From IMG/VR virus record IMGVR_UViG_3300007512_001664, positions 64,001-128,000 of that record: a stretch of 64,000 bases of DNA; one strand, 5' to 3'. A program made the position numbers and the translations under genes. The notes under the pieces are model-generated. The model searched no databases and was not told the DNA's origin. It saw only the letters and a program-made list of their open reading frames with translations. This stretch comes from a virus (lineage: Duplodnaviria; Caudoviricetes). Below are positions 8,167-17,768 of this stretch, in pieces (the stretch's first letter is position 1; the number at the start of each line of letters is the position of its first letter).

Positions 8167-8177
8167 ACAAAGACTAA

Positions 8178-8492
8178 ATGACTAGACTACTTTCAATATT
8201 ATTACTCAGCGGTGTTGCGTTAACTGCAGCTCCAAAGTTAGAAATAAAACGAGTATATCAGAAAGTAGTTGAAGCTACAGGCGAGCCATATGGCTCTCCA
8301 GGTGGTATTTACTTTAAGTACACAGGCTTGGATCCTTTTATCATGTACGGTCTTGAGTACTCTTATGATATGAAAACGTGGGCGCATTTATATAATTTCG
8401 GTACGGTTGGAGACAATACAACTAGCCCACTATTTCATTGGTACGAGCTACCACCAGGCAAATGTTTCTTCCGAATAAAACAATTATGGTAG
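8178..8492 (+). CDS. secreted hypothetical protein
   Basis: Signal peptide MTRLLSILLLSGVALTA. Confidence 0.55.
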   Translation: MTRLLSILLLSGVALTAAPKLEIKRVYQKVVEATGEPYGSPGGIYFKYTGLDPFIMYGLEYSYDMKTWAHLYNFGTVGDNTTSPLFHWYELPPGKCFFRIKQLW

Positions 8493-11065
8493 TTAGTAGA
8501 TACAGTAATCAAGGTGAAAAATATATCGGAGTAAAATCAATGACAAGACCAACAAATCCATATTTCAGATCTCAGATGAACATGACGTACTTTGAGAAGT
8601 TTTTAGATGTTCTTCAGAATATAGAACCAAACGATAATAAATTTCGATCAAAGGATGAATATAAGATTGCGTATGATAGAGATACAAACCGTGATGGATC
8701 AAAATCTAAGTACGCTTATATTGACATACCGTGTGAAGATTTGTCGTTTGCTTTCTCAAAAGAGACAGGCAAGTTGGCCTTCATAGTAAACTACAAAGAC
8801 TGATGACGAGCCCATATTACGATACTTTAAGAAGAATGAATATAGAAAAGAGAAAAGAATTGCTCAAGAAGTGGAAAGAGCTACCTGAGCCAAAACCTAC
8901 GTGGGAATCCTTTAAGAGAAGAAGCCAATTTCAGAATAGTATATAAATGATTACACTAACAAAAGCCGCGCGCGTAGCGCAAGAAGTAAATGAAGAGGAA
9001 GCGAATGTTGAATACAGTGAGTGGGTATTGAAGTGGCAAGAGATTGAGTCAGATATGACGTTCAATGTGCCATGGAAGAAGCTCTACGAAAGAGTTGGAT
9101 TGACAAAGACGATGAGTGGTCCGAGCACTTGTCGTTGGACGATAGCCGAGAAGAAGTTCTGGGCTGAATATCTTAGATTTGTGACTGAGGTTTATCATTA
9201 TGGTGGAACTCTCGATGAATTAAAACGTAGAATAACTGATCAACGTATTTATAATAGTCGGACAGATAAGACAAGAAGATTTTGATTATGACTGAGATTA
9301 AAGACAAGGCAGCGTTCCTTTTTAAACACGCAAAAACACAGGTAAAAAAGCCACACGGCACTCACGGTGAACACGAATCCTTTACAGGTATACCAACAAC
9401 CGGTGAGCTTCCAAAAGATACAAAACAATGCGAACACATAATTGATAGTTGCCCAATTATTACAGCTGCTGGAGAACAGCGGCTTGGGGAAATTTATAGT
9501 GCTCTCTACAACCAATGGGAAGTAATTATAGAAAAGATACATGACCCGTACGTTTCACCCGATCAAGTTGGTACCGGACTTTGTGATAATGGAAGACAAG
9601 CTACGGCTGGAGTTTCGGATTTTTTCCGGGGATGTAAAATGCTTACATTGATTGCAAATACACCTGGCGCTAGCGTGGGAAGTATGCTGCCGAAAGTATC
9701 ATTCTCTGCTATTTCTAAGCTCGGAACGAAACTTCGTTTAGGGCCACCAAAGCCCCTAAGTAGTAAATCGAGCAATGAGACATCTAAGAAAAAGGTAACT
9801 CGGTCAACTCGAAAAAAGATTGTTAAGGGTGACAGCGATCTAGTTCCATGTCTAGTTGAGAGCAAGTATCTTAAGGAAAAGAAAATTTAAATGGATGTAA
9901 TAGAGATATACGGAGAAGATGCTATTTGCGGCGGTGAATGTGAATGCGGTGGTGCTTTGGAATATGAAGAAGCTATTGGCGGTTACGTTTGTGTTGAATG
10001 TGAAGCTGAACATTTTGAGTAAACATGACACTACAAGAAGCAGTTAGAATCGGAAAGGGGTTAGACTTCACGACTATTGAAGAGTGTGTAGATGCTATTC
10101 ATAGTCATGCACCTCAATTGTTCCCATATTCGAAGATCAATGACGAGCTTAGTGAGTTGTACGAAGAGTATGACAATTATAAAAAGCATCCTGAGACATG
10201 GATGACGGCTCTGTGTGGAATTGATGTTCCTGTTGTCCGTAAACTCGGCACGGCCGCGGCCCAGAACAAAAAGATAGAGTACGTACAAAGAGAAGATCAT
10301 AAAGCATGAGCATAAAAGATGTCAGAGCTAATTTAAACACAATCAATAGGATTGTTGATGAGCACTTAGACTTCTTGCTAGAGGTTAGGCAAGACGAAGA
10401 GATGTACAAAGACGATATTAATGACATTGGTAAGATGGCTAGTGATGTTTTATCTACCCTTTCGAAGCATAGCGATCTCTTGCATGCATTGTCTGGTGAT
10501 GAGAAAGAGCTTTGGACGTGTGAGAAATGTGGTGAGAGTACATTTGAGACTGATTACGATTACCTAGTGCACCCAAAGTTGCATTTAGACTGTGTATTAA
10601 AAGAGAACATGAATCATGAGTAATGATATGATAAATTGGGTTTGGTGTGAAGATTGCCTTGAATGGAAGAATGCAGGTGAGGATGTTGCTTTTATATCTA
10701 TCGGTGAGCATAAGACCGGCAAAGAGATAATGGCATTTACATGTGACAAATGTGGTAATGATAATGAAAACTTTATAACTTCATCAGAGATAATGCCGCG
10801 TGGTAGATAATTAATTATATGGAGTACATAGTTTTAATTGCCGTAGGGTGGTTTTGCTGGATGAGTACAATTTTAGTTAATGAAAAGAAAAAACGACAAA
10901 GACATGACAGACGATAATAAGTTCGTTCCAAGAAAAAAGCCAGTAATTAATGCTCGGTTTGCCCCGTATGAACAAGACATAAGTCCAGCTGCTACTGCCA
11001 ATGCACCGTTTGTACCATTAACGGTAGAAGATGCTTTAGCTCGACAGAAGAAAAAGGATAAATAA
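8438..11065 (+). other. run of small hypothetical early genes (8438-8803, 8947-9285, 9282-9890, 10025-10309, 10306-10623, 10616-10810, 10880-11065, plus an uncalled zinc-ribbon ORF 9891-10022)
   Basis: Co-oriented, abutting or ATGA-overlapping ORFs. CxxC pairs in 10616-10810 (CEDC...CDKC) and in 9891-10022 (CECGG...CVEC). Confidence 0.55.
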
Positions 11066-11067
11066 TT

Positions 11068-11295
11068 ATGATGTATGCAGAATTTACTGAAGTTATTAGA
11101 GGTGGGATTGAGCAAGGCAAGAAACGTAAAATTGTCATGAATCTAGAAAAAGTAATTTCGTTTAGAGCTGAACAGGATGGTACAATGTTAGAAACTCGAC
11201 GAGGTGACTTCTATGTTGAAGAAACATATGATCAAATAAAACGTGTCTTTAATAGTAAAAACGGAGTACCACCTGCACTTATACCAGTAAGATGA
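11068..11295 (+). CDS. FlbD-like small beta protein
   Basis: KIVMNLEKVISFRAEQDGTMLETRRGDFYVEETYDQI resembles the FlbD pattern (lN...I..ie...dT.i.l..g....V.Es.eei). Confidence 0.4.
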   Translation: MMYAEFTEVIRGGIEQGKKRKIVMNLEKVISFRAEQDGTMLETRRGDFYVEETYDQIKRVFNSKNGVPPALIPVR

Positions 11296-11834
11296 AACCA
11301 CAATTACTAAAACAAGAGCACATTAAAGAATTGTTACCACCTATTGGTACACTACCTGCAGGTAAATCACTATCGGGTCGAAGACATGTCTTATTCTCTG
11401 ATAGTGACTATGCTATGTTCACTGAGTCGTTCTTGACACGTGAGGGTTTTAATGGATTTAAGAAGTGGCTTAACTTCTGTGGCATAAAAGCATCTGCTCA
11501 AAAGCAATACTGGAAGCGTAATTATGATTGTGACAATTTAGCTAATGCTTTTAAGACTTATATGAATCTGTTACATGCAAAAGCTAATCCGCTATCATTC
11601 ACAGAAGGATTTAAGAAGAATCTAGAGAACGAGAGTGATGCACAAGGAGTTGCTATAGGTGTCATCTATTTTGAAATGAGAAATAAGAAGTCAGCTAGTC
11701 ATCATGCAATTAATGTAGCAGTTACAAACGGTCTTAGAAATGATCCTGCACTTATCTATATAGAACCCAACGGTGCAGGTAGAATTAAACTAACTAAAAG
11801 AGAAAGAGAATCAATATGGTACGTAAACTTTTAA
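11292..11834 (+). CDS. papain/transglutaminase-like cysteine protease domain protein
   Basis: YDCDNLA ... HAINVAV ... IYIEPN, a Cys-His-Glu arrangement like the DCDDFA/HA.N/iEPQ family. Confidence 0.6.
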   Translation: MKPQLLKQEHIKELLPPIGTLPAGKSLSGRRHVLFSDSDYAMFTESFLTREGFNGFKKWLNFCGIKASAQKQYWKRNYDCDNLANAFKTYMNLLHAKANPLSFTEGFKKNLENESDAQGVAIGVIYFEMRNKKSASHHAINVAVTNGLRNDPALIYIEPNGAGRIKLTKRERESIWYVNF

Positions 11835-11938
11835 AGAAACTATTTAAATTTAAAGAAGAAGAAGATATTCAAGAAGAGCTCTTCCCTAAACCCGTTTATG
11901 TGTACGAAGAAGGTGATGATGATTCTGATTGATGAATA

Positions 11939-12124
11939 TTGCTATATGTATTAATTATGAATAACAAAATACCACTAGAAGACATATTAGCCACTATTGA
12001 TAATTGGAAACTTGAAGCTAGTTCAAGTTATAATGATGGTTGGACCATTAACGGTTATAAAGAAAAGCTTGAAATACTCCGACAACACTTGGAAGTCAAA
12101 GAAGAACCAAGGTTAATAACCTAG
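11939..12124 (+). CDS. hypothetical protein
   Basis: ORF track. Confidence 0.45.
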   Translation: MLYVLIMNNKIPLEDILATIDNWKLEASSSYNDGWTINGYKEKLEILRQHLEVKEEPRLIT

Positions 12125-12157
12125 CCTAGCATAAATATTTATTAAGGAAAAGGTAAT

Positions 12158-12943
12158 ATGTCTACAATAACAGCAGGATCTCTTTTTAACAGGGAACAAT
12201 TAGACAGAGAGATAGATAGAATAAAGTCCGATACTACACTTAGCCTTACAGATCCATCGGATTCGTTAAGTGAACTAGAACAACTTCGTGATGATGCAAT
12301 TAGCGTTCAACAAAAAGTAGAACAGGGGTTAGCAGCACCTATTGACGCTGATGATGCTGCACATCGCTTAGCTCTTCTTAAATTATCAGGAGATGTAATA
12401 GCAAATATTAACGCTGAGCTTGGTGGTCAATCACCAGTCCCGGCGAGCCCTACAACTGCAGATTCTCAATGGAGGGGTACTACTCAACCAGCCGGCGCAC
12501 GAGTTAGAGATCAAGGGTATGGAGCAGATGCTGCAGTTCAACGGAACTCTGTACGAACAGACCCTTCTAATCTAACTGAAGCTTATAAAGTTATTAAGAC
12601 TAAAGAAGATATAGCATCTGGTATGAACCATAATGCTGTTGAACTTGACGTTGAACCTGATGAGGAATTAATAAAAGCTTATTATGAGCTAGTTAACTCA
12701 ATGAACGACAGAATAGAAGATACGTATGAAGATCAAAAAGAACTAGACATTCAGACTGGTGAAAATACTCCTCCTATTAAAATTAAGGTGTTAGGTTATT
12801 GTAAATCACCTCAAGTAAAGGCTGCTAAAACTCAAGAAGACGCAACTAGTACAAGTGGAGCCCTTCCCCCCACTGATAACATTCCAGGATACTCTGAAAG
12901 CTATATGAAACACTCAACCGCTAATCCTAAGAGATTCGGATGA
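12158..12943 (+). CDS. late acidic protein, probable head-associated
   Basis: TAAATATTTA at 12132-12141 and a purine-rich RBS upstream. Acidic and helical, with an internal LTE|A site. Confidence 0.5.
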   Translation: MSTITAGSLFNREQLDREIDRIKSDTTLSLTDPSDSLSELEQLRDDAISVQQKVEQGLAAPIDADDAAHRLALLKLSGDVIANINAELGGQSPVPASPTTADSQWRGTTQPAGARVRDQGYGADAAVQRNSVRTDPSNLTEAYKVIKTKEDIASGMNHNAVELDVEPDEELIKAYYELVNSMNDRIEDTYEDQKELDIQTGENTPPIKIKVLGYCKSPQVKAAKTQEDATSTSGALPPTDNIPGYSESYMKHSTANPKRFG

Positions 12944-13998
12944 TGGAGTCGTTTACAAAAAGTCTTGATAAAATCTATTATAATTTAGATGAATGGGGAC
13001 CGGTGTATACTGAAGCTTTATATCGAGGAGCGGATCCTGAATTAGATGATAATTATAAGAGAGGGTCAAAGGTCGGTTGGTTAGCGGGTCTAGCAGCAGC
13101 AGCTCTTTATCTCGGATACCCTGAGGTAACTAAAAGATCACCACAAGAGAATAAAGTTCATGCCGTACAAATATATAATGATGCTTTAAACAGTAAGAAG
13201 GAAAGAGATGAACTCTACGAAACAGCAAAAGAAATTGCTGCTATAATCTTTCAATTCCCTGAAGAACAAAGAGATGAAGTTTTTAACAGTGTCGGTATAG
13301 TACCGACTACTCATCGCCATGGATGGAATAGATCAAATAGAGACGGTGCTTCTGCAGAAGCACATCTTCAATCATCAATTATAAAAATTTATAATCATTA
13401 TCTAACAACAAACTGGGCAAAAAACGAAAGTACTATGAATACATTTAAAACATTTGAAAAGGAAATATCCAACTGGATAACAGAGACTGACAGCAAATTT
13501 GATCAAGATATATTTAATATCTTATCTGACATGGAAGCTGAGCTTGAGACGGGTGAATATTCTCAAGAAGAGACTGTTGATACTGTCAGTGATCGACTTC
13601 AGTCGGAATTAGGTAAAGAGATATCTACTGAAGAAGGAGCTCGTATTGAACAAAAGGTTGAAGACTTTTATGATATGCTAGGTCTCGAGGCTATCCCAGC
13701 TGATAGGCGATCAAGAGATTATTTGCTTCAACAGACACCAGATCCAGCTGGGTCATCTAAATCCTGGACCACAGGAACCAATGTAGCACCCAAAGTAGAA
13801 GGGCAACCATGGGTACATAGTGATGATGATTTTATAGAGTTTTTAAGGTGGTTAGTTAAGAAAGAAAATGACGAAGGTGATCTTCAATTCAGCGCACAAA
13901 CTATTGTTGATGTAGTAGAAAGACCAGACAAATATCAACCAGAGTACACAGAGTTTTTAGATTGGAAGCAAAGAGTAGATAATGATCCGTACCTATAA
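12940..13998 (+). CDS. putative internal head polyprotein with hydrophobic segment and internal CTS-like motif
   Basis: VGWLAGLAAAALYLGY segment and internal MNTFKTFEKEISNWITE. Confidence 0.5.
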   Translation: MMESFTKSLDKIYYNLDEWGPVYTEALYRGADPELDDNYKRGSKVGWLAGLAAAALYLGYPEVTKRSPQENKVHAVQIYNDALNSKKERDELYETAKEIAAIIFQFPEEQRDEVFNSVGIVPTTHRHGWNRSNRDGASAEAHLQSSIIKIYNHYLTTNWAKNESTMNTFKTFEKEISNWITETDSKFDQDIFNILSDMEAELETGEYSQEETVDTVSDRLQSELGKEISTEEGARIEQKVEDFYDMLGLEAIPADRRSRDYLLQQTPDPAGSSKSWTTGTNVAPKVEGQPWVHSDDDFIEFLRWLVKKENDEGDLQFSAQTIVDVVERPDKYQPEYTEFLDWKQRVDNDPYL

Positions 13999-14165
13999 TG
14001 TCAGATGAAAAAGACAACGAGGTTGACTATCATGAATTATACAGACACACTAAACGCAAACTTCTCAGACGGGATTATGTTCTATTTACCCTCGCCTCAA
14101 TTTTGATAATTACTATATTTTTTATATACATGTCACACATATCATCTAACTAAACCTACGTAAAG

Positions 14166-15047
14166 ATGAAAATTGATATAATTTATACTTATTATAATGG
14201 TGACAAGCTACTTGAAAGGTATATCGATCATTGGAATAATAATTTCAATAATGTTAAACATAAAATTAATTTTGTTATAGTAGACGATCATAGTATTGAT
14301 TCATATAAAGCTATAAACACAATAGAAAAAAAAGATATAAATTATAATTTACAATTATATTATGTAGAGGATGATATTTTATGGAACGAGATGGGCGCTC
14401 GTAATTTAGGTGGAAGTCAAACAACGTCAGATATCTTGTTATTTTTAGACTGGGATCATTTGATAACAGAAAATTTAATAAATGAAATCTTTACATGGAC
14501 TTTTAATAATCAAAGTCTTTATCTTTTTTATAAAGCGATGCTTCCGCCCCATCATCCCTTATGGGACGAGGATCCTATAACATTTAGAAAAGTAAAATTA
14601 AATGGTGCAAGCGAGGGTACGCAACACCCGCTTGTTGGTTGTGATTACGATGAATGGTTACAAAAAACAGTCGTTCAACTGAGAGAAAAAAAATCTAAAT
14701 TAAAGTCATTGGATCCTTCTGCTTTTTGTTTATCGAGAGAGTTATGGCATAAGGTAGGAGGGTTTGATGAAGATTTTGCTGGAGGATATGGAGAGTATGA
14801 TCGAACGTTCCGAAAAAATCTCTATAATTATAAAGCAAAAGAAATTACGATGAATAAAACTCCTCTTATCATACTTAAACAAGGTAGAACACGACGTGTT
14901 TTAAGAGCATCGATGGTCGAACGAAATGTTAAAGGTAATAATTACAAGAGAAATAGACAGCTTTATAAGAAAAAAGCTCATAGCTTTTATACTCCGAGCT
15001 CACCAATACGTTTTAAATATACTAAACAATATGAACATTTTATCTAA
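14166..15047 (+). CDS. glycosyltransferase (GT-A fold, GT2/GT7C-like)
   Basis: FVIVDDHS, GARNLG, LLFLDWDH (DxD), WHKVGGFDEDFAGGYGEYD. Confidence 0.85.
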   Translation: MKIDIIYTYYNGDKLLERYIDHWNNNFNNVKHKINFVIVDDHSIDSYKAINTIEKKDINYNLQLYYVEDDILWNEMGARNLGGSQTTSDILLFLDWDHLITENLINEIFTWTFNNQSLYLFYKAMLPPHHPLWDEDPITFRKVKLNGASEGTQHPLVGCDYDEWLQKTVVQLREKKSKLKSLDPSAFCLSRELWHKVGGFDEDFAGGYGEYDRTFRKNLYNYKAKEITMNKTPLIILKQGRTRRVLRASMVERNVKGNNYKRNRQLYKKKAHSFYTPSSPIRFKYTKQYEHFI

Positions 15048-15063
15048 ATATATATAGCATGAT

Positions 15064-16383
15064 ATGAGCTTCGAACCATTCATACAAAATAGAAGAGGAT
15101 TCTTATCTACATTAGCTAAAGGTATAGGAGTACTTGCTAGTCCAGATGCAGTAACAAATGTAGCTAAAGCAGCAGGAAGATCTACACCTAACCAACCTCT
15201 TAAAGCAGGTCTCGGTCATGTATATAGAGCACTCTTAAAAACTACTGGAGACTATCATGAGTATTCGCCGGGATTCAGTATTAAGCAAAGAGAGCATATA
15301 ACTCAGATAGCTATGGCCGCTCTACATAAAGTAGAAAAAGAGGATTGGTCAGATGAAGTTGTAGGCTTTAAGGATATGGTAGGTCACTTTCAATATTATT
15401 TTGATGAAGGAGAATCATTTGAAGATGCGTACACTGCGTTTGAAGATGATAATATGTTTGATATATATGATCTCGTAAAGAAATACGCATATGATTTAAG
15501 AACTGTCGGTTCAGTTGACACAAAAGATCTAACAGATCGTATGGTAAGAGAAATTTCAGATGGAAATGGGTTCGATGATTTTTGGGATACGCTGGCGATG
15601 AAACATGGTCCTAGAGAGCCCGGTGAACAAAGACCAGACGATAGAGATTATTTAGATAAAGATTACGCACAGGGCCCTCATATGAATAGCGCGCAAGTAA
15701 GCTTTAAAGATTTCCACAACCTTAACGAAGCATTCGATAAACCTTATTCATTTAATGTAGATAGCAGCGAGTACCCTCTAACAGTCTATAACTTTACAGT
15801 AGACGACGTCGACGATCCATATACCGTACAAGCCGTATTCGATCCAGTAGATACATTAGATCAATTTATAGAACCAGAGAGAGATAGCGCTGGTATCGCA
15901 AAGCAAGACCACCGCCAAGCGGTTAAACAGGCTGATCGATACATAGCATTTAAGTATCCCAGCGCTATTAAACCAGAATACGCTAAAGTTATTGAATATG
16001 GATTTTCAGATAAAGGATCTGGATCAATCGAGAAAACCGGGAAAGGCGGCCATAGTGCTACTCGTGTCATTGGTACTGTCATACAAATAGCTCAGCATTA
16101 TATGATTACCAGAGAGCCCAAAGTCTTACTCTTTACTGGCGCTAAAGATGAGAATAGAGGCCCTATCTATACTAAACTAACTCACTTGGCATTCAGATCT
16201 CTTAAAGATGGTGCACTGTCTGGTTATAACTACTTCATAGATGACCACCTTAAGGGAGATGTAAGATTTTGGATCTATAAAGAAAAGGATATACCTTACC
16301 TCGGTGACGAGAACTTCCAGGAATTCTTAACTAATGATCGATGGCATCAGCAAAACCCTGGCCTTGATAATGTATACGCATAA
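15064..16383 (+). CDS. late two-part protein: twin-arginine-like N-terminus plus internal CTS-like leader and second domain
   Basis: NRRGFLSTLAKGIGVLA at the N-terminus, internal VSFKDFHNLNE|A, and TAAATA at 15045-15050. Confidence 0.55.
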   Translation: MSFEPFIQNRRGFLSTLAKGIGVLASPDAVTNVAKAAGRSTPNQPLKAGLGHVYRALLKTTGDYHEYSPGFSIKQREHITQIAMAALHKVEKEDWSDEVVGFKDMVGHFQYYFDEGESFEDAYTAFEDDNMFDIYDLVKKYAYDLRTVGSVDTKDLTDRMVREISDGNGFDDFWDTLAMKHGPREPGEQRPDDRDYLDKDYAQGPHMNSAQVSFKDFHNLNEAFDKPYSFNVDSSEYPLTVYNFTVDDVDDPYTVQAVFDPVDTLDQFIEPERDSAGIAKQDHRQAVKQADRYIAFKYPSAIKPEYAKVIEYGFSDKGSGSIEKTGKGGHSATRVIGTVIQIAQHYMITREPKVLLFTGAKDENRGPIYTKLTHLAFRSLKDGALSGYNYFIDDHLKGDVRFWIYKEKDIPYLGDENFQEFLTNDRWHQQNPGLDNVYA

Positions 16384-16968
16384 ATGATACCTTTTAAACA
16401 GTATATTGCTGAGGCAAATCCTAAGTCTCTCATAGTTGTTGATGTTCAACCAGTCTATACTCATCTGATGCAAGATGAAGTAACTGCGATAACAGAGTTC
16501 ATAAACACAAAAGCTGAGAGAGTGCTAGCATATTTTAACGGTGAAGATGCTGGTGAGAGAGATACTTTAGAAGATGTTAAGCAGTGGTACCTTGATAATG
16601 GACTAGAGGAAGAGAGCTTAGCTAAGATAAACTTCCAAGAGAAAACATATGCATACCTTAGAGGGTGGATGGACGATGTGGAGGAGAGGGATATTATAAA
16701 GGTAGTCAGATATATGGTGACTAATAGAATACAACAGTCTGACCAGATAGGTAATAGTGCTATAGTTGAATTATTAGGAATAGATGTAGCTAGGGAAGTT
16801 GATGATATTGATCCTATATACATTCCTGATATTGATCTTTCATTAATTAAACAGTATAACAAATCGTATATTGGTGGTGGAGGGCGCCATGAATGTTTAA
16901 AAGAAATTACTCTTATGATGAATGCATTCAATATTAAATACAAATTAATCAACAATTTCATATATTAA
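16384..16968 (+). CDS. isochorismatase-like cysteine hydrolase with CTS-like leader
   Basis: MIPFKQYIAE|A leader, SLIVVDVQP (catalytic Asp motif), and GGGRHECL (catalytic Cys region). Confidence 0.65.
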   Translation: MIPFKQYIAEANPKSLIVVDVQPVYTHLMQDEVTAITEFINTKAERVLAYFNGEDAGERDTLEDVKQWYLDNGLEEESLAKINFQEKTYAYLRGWMDDVEERDIIKVVRYMVTNRIQQSDQIGNSAIVELLGIDVAREVDDIDPIYIPDIDLSLIKQYNKSYIGGGGRHECLKEITLMMNAFNIKYKLINNFIY

Positions 16969-17163
16969 ATGATCCAAGTAAGCTTACGTAAAGATGAGTC
17001 TATCGATAAAGCTCTTAAGAAGCTTAAAAAGAAATTAGATAGAGACAATATACTCAAAGAATGTCGAGATAGACGATATTTCGAAAAACCGTCAGCAAAA
17101 AAGAGACGTAAATTGAAAGAAGCTAAGTTCAAAGCTATGTTAGACGCACGTGATTTTGACTAA
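16969..17163 (+). CDS. rpsU: ribosomal protein bS21 (phage-encoded)
   Basis: ESIDKALKKLKKK...LKECRDRRYFEKPSAKKRRK bS21 signature, 64 aa. Confidence 0.93.
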   Translation: MIQVSLRKDESIDKALKKLKKKLDRDNILKECRDRRYFEKPSAKKRRKLKEAKFKAMLDARDFD

Positions 17164-17166
17164 ATA
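17161..17166 (+). promoter_or_regulatory. late promoter TAAATA
   Basis: Overlaps the bS21 stop codon, 5 nt before the GTG at 17172. Confidence 0.6.
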
Positions 17167-17171
17167 CTTAT

Positions 17172-17768
17172 GTGAAGTCATTTATCGATTTTATTAACGA
17201 GGCAGGAAAGTTTCCTACAGTTACATTAACTCAACCGTATTCGCAATCGCGTCCCGGAGCAGGAAAGCGGTTCCGTAATAAGAAAGACCCCAAAAGAGCC
17301 AATCAACAACAAGCTCTAAGAGATCAAGGCTATCGCTGGGATAAAGAAAAGAAAAAATGGGTTAAAGGCACTGTTCCTGTCAGTGCATCAACCGTGGAGT
17401 CTAAACAAGCCAAGTACATTGAAGAAGCCAAAAGAGGTCGTGAGAGTTATGAGACACGTAACCCAGATTTTGTTGATGCTTTATTAGATATTTTTTCTGC
17501 CCTCCAAGATCGAAACATAGAAAAAGGAATGACGTTAAATCGTTTTACAAATCAAGACGTTATTAAACTAATCGATGATCATGAAGTTTATGGTATTAAT
17601 GGCACTAATCCATGGCCTTCACAACATAAGGAGCGTTATATATCTAATCTTCGTCGTCTACTTGGAGTTGAAACACCCGGAAGAAAGCAAAGAAAAGATA
17701 CAGGAAAAGAGCAGGGTACTCATGATACAGGTGATGAATGGTCAGATTGGCTTAAACCGGAAGCATGA
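17172..17768 (+). CDS. putative internal head protein with CTS-like leader
   Basis: MKSFIDFINE|A leader followed by a basic segment. Confidence 0.6.
   Translation: MKSFIDFINEAGKFPTVTLTQPYSQSRPGAGKRFRNKKDPKRANQQQALRDQGYRWDKEKKKWVKGTVPVSASTVESKQAKYIEEAKRGRESYETRNPDFVDALLDIFSALQDRNIEKGMTLNRFTNQDVIKLIDDHEVYGINGTNPWPSQHKERYISNLRRLLGVETPGRKQRKDTGKEQGTHDTGDEWSDWLKPEA

Noticed and set aside
11068-11295. Flagellar function for the FlbD-like gene
   Set aside because: The similarity is a short generic pattern common in small phage proteins, and there is no flagellar context.
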